A stretch of DNA of 64,000 nt from Oopsacas minuta (Eukaryota > Animalia > Porifera). This document shows, one piece after another, positions 24,652 to 37,766 of the stretch (the first letter of the stretch is position 1; each line of letters opens with the position of its first letter). Where the stretch lies: contig JAKMXF010000019.1 of the NCBI GenBank assembly GCA_024704765.1, forward strand, positions 1 to 64,000. The letters run 5' to 3'. The notes under the pieces are model-generated. The model was not told where the DNA came from and did no database searches. It worked only from the letters and a program-made list of their open reading frames with translations. Both the position numbers and the translations under genes were made by a program.

Positions 24652-27600
24652 ATGGCGAGCAAGCAGGCTATACCAGCTGGACTAAGAGAAGAACTAGAGA
24701 CCGTGAAGAGTATAATTGAGCAGGAAATAAACCTAAACACCTCTCCAGATGGTACCATATTTGTAACTATAGAACTATTAAAGAGAATAGAAGAGGACAG
24801 TACTACTCATAAGGTCACATTTATTCTATCAAGTAAGTTTTCAATATTTATGATTTGTATAGTCAGGGCCTGTGTATAATAATTACATAATTACCTGCTT
24901 GACTGTTATCATATTACAAATATTACAGATTTTACGAAAGCGAATTATGTCCGCTATTTATACTATTTGTTTATCTGCATACTCAGCTGTAACCAATCAG
25001 TTTATAGGTTACATACATAATAGAATTAGAGTATAATCTGATTGGTTACAATATATTGTTTTATTTACTGTTATTCATTAGATGATTATCCAATGTCTTC
25101 ACCTACAATCCTATTGGATGAGTGTCACCCTCCTAGTGACCTGGACGATCACCTACAAGTCCTTTCCTCTACCCTACAGGGGTCACCTGCTATATACTCA
25201 CTGTATGAAGCAGTTAATGAATGGCTACAGAGTAATGACAGTAAGGATAAAATGCTCGAAAAATCACAAATCGAAGAAACTGAAGATATTAAACAATTTC
25301 AGGTTAGTACACAGTAAGTGGCCCAGTGTGAGGTTCCACTTCTCTTTAATGAATCATTTACAACGCTAGGTTATTTCCGGTGAGGCTAATGGAACTGGTA
25401 ACGTGACAGAACCGCTATACGAAGGCATGATTAAATCAATGGAGAGTGAAACAAAACTTAAAAAGGAAATCCAAGATAATGCGCCTGTTGAGAGAGGCAA
25501 GGGAAGGAATAGGAAGAAAGAAAAGAATACTGATCAAATAATTGTAAGATTTTGTGGTTTATTTTAAACATTGTACATATAAATTCCCGTCAATTAGAAC
25601 TTTTTAATTTTACCTACACTCCCTGGCCAAAAGTTTTGGAACACTCGGCCACAATTGACACTTGGCACAAATATGCATTTGCTTTAGTTGTATAGGCTGA
25701 AGATAGTTTCAAACATTTGTGAACTTAATTCTATCATTCATTTTATCATTACAATCGCCTTTTCTGATATATCCACAGACTATTCAATGCATATATTCTC
25801 ACAAAGTTCCATATGCCACATGTGTCATTAGTGGTATGGTGTTCCAATACTTTTGGCCAGGGAGTGTACAGACTATCATAATTTTAGCTAGCAACTTCTT
25901 TCATTTCTACTGCCCTTAATAACCTAACTTTTGAATAGTTTTAGTTGTCAATTCGATAGTATAGAATAATATAATATTTCATTATGGGTGACTACAGAAA
26001 TCTTGCTATATTATAATACAACCATAACATTTTATTTCACAGCAGATATAAGTAAGGAGGTTTTCAAATTATATTTGCTTTACATAAACTTTTACAAACT
26101 TCATAAACAAATAAACAGGTAAGTTGGCTTTTATGCCTTGGTATCTTCCGATACCTTATTTTATAAAAAGAGATTTTCATGTTCTTTTGGTTCTTTGATC
26201 TTCTGTCATGTATCATTCCTTCCCATTTTTCATCATTGATTGTTTCGTAGTCCTGCCATTATAGTTGTATATTAGAATGTGGACTAAATTTGTTCAAGTT
26301 GAGTCCTTTTTTGATTTTTCTAATATCGAATTCTCTATTGCATTATTCAAGATGTAATCCCAAACTTTCGAGCTGTCCTCCTCCTACTATCTATGATTTA
26401 GTAAACTTGATTGTTTACGCCAGTAAAATACAGTGTCTCATCTGAATTTCTTCCCCAAAATGGAGTGAGGGGTTCATATACAAATATTTTGACTCCTTCG
26501 ATTATATCTAATCACATTCTCTCTGTCAAAATTCCCGTATTATCAAGGAAAATACGATTTGCTATATTTGTCTGTTTCCAATAGTAATAAGTGGATTGGG
26601 AAATCTGACCAAATAATTGTTCATAAATTTGGAAAAAATACGAATTTTACGGGACGAGAATTTCAAATTATTTGCTGTGCTTCGTAACTAATTGATACTG
26701 ATACATGAATACAATTTGCCGACGGTTTCGTCACCAATGATATCTACAGTATGGGTTGTTATTAATAAATATTGCACTCTCTTGTATCAATAAGGGAGCA
26801 AGCTCCCAGGTCGTCTTCATGTAAACAATCAGACAACCACAGGTATCAGTTTTGTTTTTTGCGTTTTTGGGTTTTTAGGCCAATTCTAATTTCTAAATCT
26901 TCTTATTTAATTTTATTCTGAAAGGATACATTATGGTTCATCATTAATTTGCTTTAAGTCAGCTTATCCCATTAAACTCAATGTTAATTATGCAAGAATG
27001 TTCGTCTGTTCAAGGATTCTTAGTCCCTATTTCGGAAGTGACGCTATTAATATTCAGCCAAGTTGTATTATCACACTACCAACTATATAGGAGGCAGAGC
27101 AAGGGATTTTCTCACTCGTAGACCACCTCAGGTTGGGAAACGCTGAGGTAGAGGAACTAAAATTCCTCTTCTGTAAATACAGGAGCACAGAGCTCTCATG
27201 CCACTTGTCCAACCAATGTCTTTAGGGCAACAGAAACAAAATAAAGGATGTCAATTGGTCTACACCAGAGACCTCATCTCTAAGTGACTCATTGATCGTC
27301 GTGTGGGGCTCGATCACAACCGATCCCATTTATAATATTCCTCAGTTTAGTTATGTCTTCTAATGCTAGAAAATGGTTCATTATTAATTTACAATATATC
27401 ATGTTACTGGTCGGGTTTATTTTACACTTTTCAGCAATTATCACTCCCTAAATTGGACTCCCTCCCTCCCTTACGCTTTTTGTAAAACTAAAGGACGGTG
27501 CTGTTAATTTCCCATAGCACGCACTTCCCCTTGTAGCATTACGTCACGTTTGAACGTCCAGGGAATTCTCCAGTTTGATATTTGTAACTTACTCTATTTT

Positions 27601-30600
27601 AGAATGTCTCTCATAACAAGCAGAAAGAGACAGGAGAAGGCCTCACGAAGAAGGAACCCATGAAACAAGCAACAGACGTAATACACAGAATAATCTGGGA
27701 CCCTGAGCTACCCTCCGAATGCTTTATTATCGGATATCTCGATAGATTCGTGGGAATAATAGAAAGACCTTTCTCAGAGTTTAGCTGGGAAGATATAGCT
27801 ACAGTAGACTTAGACGTGCTTGCTATTCCTAAACATAGAATACAATACTTTAAGTATAAGAATGTAGTAGTCTGGGATAAGAACTTACAGTTGGATAAAG
27901 TGTATGGCTCTCGGGGTACTAATATTACTATACAGGAGGTTATACAGGAATATGAAGCTAATAATCCCAAGAGTAAATCCAATGGTGAGAGCTTGTTATT
28001 GTTGTGATGATTTGTTTGTTTGTTTGTTGTTTACCAATTAAAACACTTGTTTATTATCTGAGCTATTAAATATTGTTCCCGAATTTCCCATTACTGAAGT
28101 TAGGGCTTTGACACCTTTCAATAACCTCACCACTCCAGTTATAACGAAGCTCAATGGGTCGCTATAATTCCTTTGATATAAGCGGGCATTTCGAGATAAT
28201 AGGAGTTTAATGCATAAAATCTACATATTTCATTACAGAACCCATTGCTACGGAGACAGTAACAGCTGATACAGAGGATATCTCCCCAGCTGAGGCAAAG
28301 ATAGAGCTAATGATTGAGGATTCAGATGATGAGAGTACTATTGATGACGTCAGTAGTGTTGCTAGTAACTTTAATGCTACAAGACTAGCTAACAGGAAAA
28401 GTCAGAATAAGGACAGACCCAATTATTTTCTGTGTTTTAAAGTAAGAATCCATGGTTCTTTTTCATAGATTTATTGGGACGAATTATTGTACTTTCTGTT
28501 GGCTAGTTGCAAATTATTTTCAATATCTCTACAAATATTTATCTTTGTTATACACTTAGGTAACAGACACTGGTATACAGAAACAAGCAAGGAATGTCCA
28601 GAAGGGAGTACTAGCTAACTGTCCGATGCTAGAAGAGGCATGTCTTAACGTCAATAGACTACACGTAACGCTAGTTATGATACGAATAGATTCAGAAGAT
28701 GAGATGTATAGAGCTATTGAAGTTATTGGAAATTTTCAAAATGAGTTATGTAGGATTTTACCTCAGTTTAATAAGATAGAAATCAATGGTGTAGATTGCT
28801 TTAGAGATCAAGTAAGTTGTTTATTTGTTTGTTTGTTTCTTACTTGACGGGATCCCTTGATTGTCGCCGGTTTTAACTTCATATCCAGAGGGAAATGAAA
28901 ACTGGATATTTTACTATTTTTGCAATATTTTGAATATTTTCGGGTGTAATAAAGGAATAAATTGAAAATCTCTGCGTGTTAAATGATATATGTAGTTTAT
29001 TTGTTTGTTTATTTGTTTGTTTGTTTGTTTGTTTGTTTGTTTGTTTGTTGTTTATTTGTTTGTTTGTTTGTTTGTTGTTTATTTGTTTGTTTATTTGTTT
29101 GTTTTTGTTGTTTGTTTGTTGGTTTGTTTGTTGTTTGTTTGTTGTTTGTTTGTTGTTTGTTTGTTGTTTATTTGTTGTTTATTTGTTTGTTTATTTGTTT
29201 GTTTTTGTTGTTTGTTTGTTGGTTTGTTTGTTGTTTGTTTGTTGTTTGTTTGTTGTTTATTTGTTGTTTATTTGTTGTTTATTTGTTGGGTAGATGAGTT
29301 GTAGTTTAATTGGCGTGTTAAAATATAATAATTCTATAATCTATAATTACAATCTCCATGATTTGATTGGTAAAATTGCTAATCAGCTGATTACTGGTTG
29401 CTAGGATGATATCATGGAATGTTAGAACTATTGGAATTGTTTGAGGAACAATCTTGTCCAGTCACGGGGTCTATCTTGGTACTTGTCCGATCCTGCATAT
29501 TTATCAAGTTTTCTTTCGATGTATTTGTTAGAGTTTCAGCAATTTTCAGAGGGTTTATATTCATATTTTCACACCTTTTAACTTCCCTCCTTTTCACTCT
29601 ATTCGTCCTCACGAAAAGCAAAACACTTACGTATATTGTCAATACAAATATAATTACATTAATACAAATAATACAAATAAGAATACACAATTGTATCAAT
29701 TCATTTTCTCCAAATTCTAGAATACATTTCAAAATTCCCATTTTTGCCTAAAAATTTTCTCTTAAATTATTTTATAGTTTCAGTTCTGAACCCATACTGT
29801 ACCTATAAGTTCTCTGTTGGGGATTCTATATGGACTTTATGTTCCGTATTCTATAGCAACACATCTGTGTAATAGATATTCTGTTATCTTGTGTTTCAAT
29901 ACGGGAAATATATGTCACAGTTTGAAAAGCAACATTATCGGGTCACTTAGGGGTCTAGATTGCCCCCCTGTCCTCTGATTAATTAAGTTACTTAGCGAAA
30001 TCACCCCTCGGGGTATAGTTTATGCCAATGAGTCAACAATTCGTCAGCTACTCAAGCCAATACTTAAGGCTTCTTCTATTTCTGTATTTCATAACTCTGA
30101 TTAATACATTAACTATTTACACGAAGTTAATATGACTGTTTTGAATCATGGATGGGACTTTTATGGGACTTTTCCCCAGGATAGAGATTCGTATGCCTTA
30201 CTAATGGAGTTGACGTCTTAACACGTCACAAGGGGATGTGATAATTCTACACGCTGTAGACTGCGCTTAATAAACCAACACCTTGATTCCGCTTATATGG
30301 GTCAAATGGTCTGATCCTGATGTGGTCCTATTAAGCGTAGTCTTCTGTATTTTCATCCTATAGGTAATATTCGCGTGTTTGAAAGCCAACTCTGCTCTAA
30401 CGCGTGTTGCCAGTGCTCTGAAGATCAGATTTGAAGAGGCTGGTATCGGTACCCCTGGTAACCATGTCCCCTTCAAGCCTCACATGACGTTAATCAAATT
30501 ATCCAGACCCTTGGCTAAGAAAATGAACATTACTCGTCTGAACCATTCTATATATTTTGATTTTAAAACTACTCATTTTGGGTTTCAATCGGTTGAGACA

Positions 30601-33600
30601 CTAATCTTAGGAAGTATGTTTGAGTTGAATGAAGAAGATGGATTCTATGTACACAAGTTTGTTATATCTAATCACATTTCTAGTTTGAGGGAGGGCTTAT
30701 CTGAAGTCCTCCTGGCTCAAATTCTCAAAAATATTTGTGTCTCTAATCGGTGAGTTTTTGCTATACACTCAACTCCTGTTATGTCTAACACGGATATATA
30801 AACACATACGGGAGTTGACTGTATTTATAATTATCTCACTTTGTAGTTCTCTACCAGTCGTACAGATGATTGAAGATGTCATGAAACAAGATTTTGAGGA
30901 CTCACATATGCTCGATCGTCTCCTCTCTCTTATAATGCACTATGAGACCCCTGTACACGAGGGATATGACGTGATAATACTCCGTGGACTCCCTGGCAGC
31001 GGAAAATCCACACTAATAGAAAACTCAACCGAATGCAAAAACGGGAAATTATCAATTTGCAGTGCAGATAGTTTCTTCACAGATAATCTAACTGGAGAAT
31101 ACAGATTTGATATTAACAAGCTGAGTACTGCACATTCTTCTTGTATGAACTTGTATCTAGAGAATCTAATCGGGAACAAATCACTGATTATTATTGATAA
31201 CACAAACTCTCAATATTGGGAATATTCTCTCTATAAATGTTTGGCGAAGTGTTTTGGGTACAGCTGCTCGGTTTTGGAGTTAATCTGTCCAGATGAAGAT
31301 GTTCTCAAAGTATACCATAAACGGAACAAACACAATGTTGGTTATGAAGTGTTGGTTGCTATGAGGAACCGTTGGGAATGTGATAATACAAGTGTTGTTA
31401 TTAACCCCAAAAAGGTAAACAACAATTCTCTACTGAGCTTAGTTAGAGGCACAAAAAGTAAACACAAACAGGACACAATTCCTAATCTTACAACCATCTT
31501 ATTCGCAGCTGTTTTTCTAACTCAATATTCATATAACACCCTCATACAACAATTCCCAGCTGTTTTTACAGACATCAAAGCTAGTCACATAACTCTACAA
31601 TATAGACCCACGAGTACAGACATAAACGAGTATAAACTAGGAAGTAATGTTGAGTTTACTGTCTTAGGGTGTGTTCAGGACGATAAGGTGCAGACAGTAC
31701 CAGTTAAACTGCCCTCTGATATCAAATCAGAGAATTCACACCCTCATGTGACCATAAGTGTGTCCTCTATTGGAGCTGCTAAAGACTCAAACAATCTCCT
31801 AAACAAGATAGCTCGTACCAAAAATATAAACGATCTTCCTAACAAACCTGACAATTTGGTACTGCGTGGTACAATAGGCTTACAAGTAGAGACAGCTGAC
31901 GGACATATAAGGCGGGTATTTAATAGAACTGAATTGAACAGAGAAACATCCAATACTCCTAAACCCAAACCTACCCTCCCCTCTATAGATATATACACAG
32001 GACCATCTGACTACATTACCCAGTTATACATCTTTGATCTTGATGGGACACTCATTAACACCCCTGGTCCTCTAGAGGGTCCCGGACAGTATGAGGTGTT
32101 AACTGGGACTGTCTGGCCCTATAACAAGTTTGTTATATACCCTGAGAGCTTGATATACCCCATGAGTACTCATTGTACCCCGGGACCAGGCCTCTTCCAA
32201 TTCTTCTCTCACAAATCGAGGGCCCAGAGTCTGACAGTAGTAATGACAGGGAGACTTCAGTCTATTAGCAATTCTGTCAGAGAGATTTTATCTAATTATA
32301 GTATCATTCCAGACGTGTTGCTATGTAAAGAGGACAATTCTCCCCTCCATACTCCGGAGTACAAGGCTTTGGAGCTTAGGAAACTTCTAGAACAATTCCC
32401 TCATGTAAAATACATTAAAATATGGGAGGATTTGGCTGAGAACCTAGCAGCATTTGCAAATATTACCCCAGATTATTTAGATAAGGAATTCGAGTTTATT
32501 GATGTGATTAGTTTCCAACAACAGTCTCATAAAAAAAAAAGTACTTCTGTGACACAAAAGAAATCTAAAGCTTATCAAACTGTTCGTGTTTATGGGAAAA
32601 TACAGAGAAGTTCGTATCATGATGCTGTAGAGAATACCATTAGCCTGATCTCGTCGCTATGGGCGAGTTGTATCAAGTATCAAGGGAAACCAGAGGATCT
32701 AGCTCACCCATTTGGATCTTACCCTCTGAAACGAATGAGTGACATTGACTTATGTCTTTATGCACCTAGCAAAATGACAGTCATCGAGTGTATCACCCGT
32801 ATGGAACAGCTGTTGGTCCAATGTGGTATCAATTGTATTCACACTTCTCAGCACTCAAGGGTACCCAGAATCCGGTTCCTCTGTCGCTATATGGGAACAA
32901 CAGAGATCAGTTATGATATCATTTTTATGAGAATGAATGAAATGAATGAAATTCCTAGTAAATTGAAGGAATTGAGAAAACTGATTCCTCCAGAAGATAT
33001 CCCTTCTGTTACTGCTCTTGAAGGATTGGAATTTGTTAATAGAGTTAAACAAACACTAATAAAAGGTAAGCAATAATATTATTTGTTTATTTCAGAGGTT
33101 CACAACCTTTTTCACTACGTATACCAATGTTAACACCTTCTATGGACACCCTGCTGTCCTCTGTGGACCACCAAGGATTCCATGTATCCCAGATTGGGAA
33201 CCACGTGCCAGCCAAAGAACATACGGGGCCAGACATTTATATTTAGGGAAATATTATTTTTCTGGGAAGTAACATATTTGTATTTGCCTGGCAACCAAAA
33301 ACGCTGGAGAATTCCACATTTTGCCACGTTCTGGTTGGAACATAACACTCAGAATGTGTCATAATAGTGGCACAATGGCAGATTATGTCACATTTTAAAT
33401 ACATTATGTGTAGGTATCTCTGAAGAAGACTTTGCAGCTGTTATAGAGCTAATAGTATTAATTCTACGTAGCAAACATCAAAAGGGAAATGCATTCCATT
33501 GCATCAGAACATTCCATTTACTCAAAATACTGCTTGACCTCATTGAAAATAAGAAAATATCCAGATCATGTCTAGGATCAGCTGATCAGCTAGCTAGAGC

Positions 33601-34381
33601 TCTCTTGGACCAACTGGCCCAGCTGACTACTGAGGAATGGTGTCAGTACTTAGGAGAGTTTGTACCAGTACAATATATTCCTATCTTACAGGTAATGGGG
33701 TGCTAAGTACAGTGGAACACTGTCTGATAGAGACGTTTATTTATTTTGCAATTTTCAACTCATTTATATATTAAAATTTTTTTACAGAAAATATTCACAG
33801 AATGCTCCGTCATATCAAACTCGCCAACATTTCCATCAGTAGCTGTTTACCACAAGATGTTATCCCCTATAGCATTCCCGTTACCCAATCACGTTGCTAT
33901 GGAAATAGAAATAGAATGTCCTAACCTCCCTCTACAGTTCAAGTACGAGACTATTGTGGAATCAAAATTGGGATCAACTATTAGAAAGATGCTAGAGAGC
34001 GGAATTAACCTAATCCCTGGTCCATGTAGTGCAAACAGGATTTGTTTCAATATTCCAAATATCGAGGAGGAGATAGAGAAGTGTCACGCTACCCTCAAAC
34101 CGTTCCTATTCGAGTTTGACACATTAAGACACGAGGTGACAATCAGCTTAATAAGCCAATCAAATATTGTTCTTGCAGCTGAACAACAAATAGTGGATTT
34201 GGAACCGATATACGCAGAAATTCTCGCGTTTAGATCGAGTGAAGAGAAATCGTTTCCACTCCCATCGACACTTAGCAGCCACCAGAGACTCTTGGTATAC
34301 CAATTCTTAGAGAAACAGGGCTTAAAGCATGTAACAAACACAGAAGGAAATGTGAAAAAGATTATTATTAAGAAAATTTGA
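24652..34381 (+). CDS. Multidomain RNA end-healing protein (RWD-MJ1316-AKAP7-type 2H-PNK-2H-HAD-NTase-R3H; LENG9-related N-terminal half), about 1,629 aa
   Basis: Ten exons: 24652-24832, 25082-25302, 25370-25543, 27603-27984, 28239-28441, 28560-28811, 30364-30749, 30847-33065, 33414-33691, 33788-34381. They sum to 4,890 nt with matching phases. Motifs: DYPMSSP; DVIHRIIWD..IGYLDRF..IPKHRI; HVT/HMT; GLPGSGKST..DNTN; HIT/HVT; FDLDGT..MTGR..WED; FGS..SDIDL; QRLLVY. Confidence 0.88.
25617..25866. mobile_element. 250-bp Tc1/mariner-type MITE (family A), copy 1
   Basis: TIRs cactccctggccaaaagt..ggaacac / gtgttccaatacttttggccagggagtg, TA duplication on both sides; near-identical inverted copy at 43183-43432. 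Confidence 0.92.
28985..29290. repeat. (GTTT/GTT/ATTT)n simple repeat in intron
   Basis: Pure low-complexity G/T tract. Confidence 0.95.
29412..29741 (-). CDS. Possible small single-pass membrane protein nested antisense in an intron
   Basis: 109-aa ATG ORF: short N-terminus, hydrophobic LCILICIICINVIIFVLTIYVSVLLFV, basic RTNRVKRREVKR, polar tail. Could be a chance ORF. Confidence 0.35.
   Translation of the reverse strand: MGILKCILEFGENELIQLCILICIICINVIIFVLTIYVSVLLFVRTNRVKRREVKRCENMNINPLKIAETLTNTSKENLINMQDRTSTKIDPVTGQDCSSNNSNSSNIP
33093..33207. mobile_element. hAT (Charlie-like) MITE in intron
   Basis: Ends cagaggttcacaacc / gattgggaaccacgtg resemble hAT TIRs; related ends at about 27100-27147 and 45833-45889. 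Confidence 0.55.
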
Positions 34382-34639
34382 ACTCTTTTTGTTAGGTAAA
34401 AGTATTTGTTTATGTAAATATTAGAAATATAATATATTGTTGACTCTTTTAAGTTATCACATAAGCTCGATGTCCGTATACTCAGCATCCAGTGTATTAG
34501 TATTAGTATATCAGCTGTTAATTAGTAATTAGCAGAACAAGATTCTTGTTTGTAACTGATAGCTATAGTATGTACATGTTCTATATATTAAGAATTAAGC
34601 TAATCATTCCTACTCAGTATTTGATTTGTATATTGTATA

Positions 34640-36055
34640 ATGGCAGAGAAGTTAACAGACTCAGAAGGGAGAGAGGACTTGGTCTACATAAAGACAGAGG
34701 ATGGTAGCTACAGAGGCTGGAGGGTTGATTTGTTGATAGACAAGTTATCAAGCAAAATGGAAGAGAAAATATTGTTATGTAGCAGTTGTAAAGGAATGTT
34801 AAGAGATGCTTGTCTCTATGAAGGAGATTTGAGGTGTGGTGTGTGCATTCCTGAGGGTGTAGCATGGCAACCAGTAATAATGAACCGTGAAATTGTCTCT
34901 GATAAAATGGTAGTTTATTTGTTGTTATTTACAAGTGTTTGTTTGTGTTTACAGATGAGTTATTTATTTGTAGATTAGTTGTCCCCTGAAGAAGAGAGGG
35001 TGTGAATGGAGTGACACAGTGAGTACAGTAATACACCACCTGGAAGAATGTGAGTTCTTTCCTGTACTGTGTCCTCTGGGGTGTGTCTGTCTGGAAGGAG
35101 AGAGGAAGGGGAAAGTTTTGAAGCTGGAGAAGAGACGGATTGCAGAACACCAGAGAGCCTCGTGTCCCTTAAGAGAACTGGAGTGTGAATTCTGTATGAA
35201 TAAAGTGAAGGCCTGTGAGATGAATCCTCATTTGGAGGTCTGTGAGCACTTTCCAGTTCCTTGTCCTAATAGATGTGTGATAGAAGGGGGGGAAGGGACC
35301 AGACAAGTGAAGAGGAGAGATGTTGCTGTCCATCTATCTGATGAGTGTCCTCTACAGAAAGTAGAGTGTCCTTATTGGGTCTATGGATGTAGAGAGGAGA
35401 TAGAGAGGAAAGAGATGGATCTTCATGAAAGAGAATTCGTACACATTCACTTCAGATTATCAATGACTGATATGAAACTGAAACTAATTAAATCCTCTCA
35501 AGAACAGGTCATAGCAAATACCAAAATCGAGAATTTAGAGAAACAAATTACTGAGAAGGATTCAGAACTGAAATCAATTAAAGAAGTACTCTATTCTCAT
35601 ACATCTCTATCTACAGGACAATTGGAATGGAAGATTGAAGGTGTTAAACAGAAGATAGAAAACAAAGAGTATACTTACAGTGATCCATTCTATGTAGGAT
35701 TATACAAGTGTCAGGGGATATTCAATGGAATTGGTTGAATACAGATGAAGTAGGTGTTTTCATTTATATTATGAAAGGAGGTTATGATGATAAACTACAC
35801 TGGCCTATCAGATACAAATATACGTTTATTCTACTCAATCACATTAACAGTAATAATAATTATGAATTCACTAATCAAATAACTAAGGAAGATTTGGAGA
35901 AATATCCTGAATGCTTCAAGAGACCTACTGAGATGAGAAATAATGGTTTTGGAAATTATTTCTTCATTTCAAACACTGAAATATTAGAAGCTAAATATTG
36001 TAAAGAAGACAGCATAACTCTTCTAATTAAAATAGAATTGTTACCATTTTTCTGA
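34640..36055 (+). pseudogene. TRAF-like copy 1, frameshifted in MATH domain
   Basis: Exons 34640-34909 and 34974-36055. Reads caggggatattcaa versus caggggaatattcaa in copy 3, a 1-nt loss near 35718 giving a stop at 35738. Confidence 0.8.
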
Positions 36056-36818
36056 CTTTATTTATATTTTTGTTTACTTATTATTCTTATTTATCCTTCA
36101 CTCAATGTTTATCAGAACAAGAGTTTATTTGTATTTTATAGATTGTATTGTTATGAAAACTATTTACTAACAACTATTAGATTTGTATGATAATAGACTA
36201 GGAGATGGAGCTGTTATAATGTGATATATCCTCTGTTGATGTTCCATTTCCAAACCAAATCAATTTCCAGTTTCAAATAGGTGTTAGAATATGCATGAAC
36301 CACTACATAACTTGTAATTACTAAGCAATGTTCTTGCCAGAGCGAGCGACTGTATGAGTTGGCTCACCTCCAAGATCTTTGTCTCCCAGAAAATCATTTT
36401 ACTAATGAGCTATATCTTGACATAGTTACTCTCATTATTCATAAATATATACAAACCTCAGTTTTGTTATTTTCTCTTAGTTCTAAGTTTAAAGGCATTG
36501 CTTATACAATTCTGGGGAATATGAGCAATATATTCCATGTTATTGCATTTAAGGATAGGTGTTAACAATTGGAACTTATTTACATCTATCTTAGAATAAA
36601 TACAAATATTCTTTGTGAGTAGCAATTCATTTCAATAGATAATGTTTGTCATTTCTTTATGAAAATAAACTACGAAAGGTGTTGGTATATCTTTGATGGG
36701 ATAAAAAACCAAAAAGCTTAAATACAAGTAAAGATATGTGATAATGCTAAGCCACATTAACCGTATCTTCTATGCATTGAAAGAGATCACAAGTTTAGAC
36801 TGATCATCATTCCATATA

Positions 36819-37222
36819 CAGTGAAACCTCTGGAATCAGGGCATGCGGGATACTAGGAAAATTTCTGACGCCCCGATTCTGGATTTCAGTGTGGTATTGT
36901 GTCAAAATCACCATTTTCCGTATTTATGTAGTTCATATTACGTCATACTATTGTTTCGTATTGCTAGTCACACTGTAGCGTTAAAATATCTCATTCTGCT
37001 ACATAATTACCCTCAGAGGCGGATTGAGTTGATTTCTTGTTCACTTACGTAGCATTTATATTGTGTTTTATTCGATAGTTATTGCGAAAATAAAAATTTA
37101 TTGTGTTGATTTCAGTATTGATGCCCCGATTGCGTAGGGGATTTTAGTATTAGTTCTATGCAAGCTGAAAGAATTAGATTGTCAGGGTTTGCCCCGATTC
37201 CCCGATTTCAGAGGTTTCACTG
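36819..37222. mobile_element. Tc1/mariner (pogo/Tigger-like) MITE
   Basis: TA-cagtgaaacctctggaatc ... gatttcagaggtttcactg-TA. Confidence 0.8.
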
Positions 37223-37766
37223 TATTCTATATCATATAACTATTCCCTTGCCCGGTCTACAGACACCTTCATTGTAGCATTCAGCGAATATTAGTCACAA
37301 TAATTAATATACTTTGCTTGTCTAATAAAATGTATGTCTTACTTGCTTAAAGTGTTTTGGTATGTATTTAGTCGGTAAGATTAACAAATTAGTAATAATT
37401 CAATTAATTTGTTACTGAATTCAGTATTTATCAAACCTCTTACTCTTAAACTGTTACAATATATTCACTAATCTGGCTCATTCGTATTTTGGATCATTCC
37501 AGCTCCTACAGCCCAATCTTAAATATGGAATATCCAATTTCTTAACGACATAATTCGATTTGTCTGTTATACGAACATTCTATGGAATGTCTGACGATGT
37601 CCGTATACTCAGCATCCAGTGTATTAGTATTAGTATATCAGCTGTTAATTAGTAATTAGCAGAACAAGATTCTTGTGTGTAACTGATAGCTATAGTATGT
37701 ACATGTTCTATATATTAAGAATTAAGCTAATCATTCCTACTCAGTATTTGATTTGTATATTGTATA

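Noticed and set aside
26100-26900. Possible decayed minus-strand coding relic in the long intron
   Set aside because: Only short open stretches (e.g. DCLHEDDLGACSLIDTRECNIY) with many stops; no family could be assigned by eye.
28976-29304. Three hydrophobic Cys/Leu/Phe/Val ORFs
   Set aside because: Translations of a (GTTT)n simple repeat.
33066-33300. A 30-nt micro-intron and extra exon in the RNA-repair gene (ORFs 33182-33364, 33130-33348)
   Set aside because: Frames after the nearby AGs hit stops and the region is a hAT-like MITE; the acceptor at 33413 gives the correct phase and a plausible helical domain.
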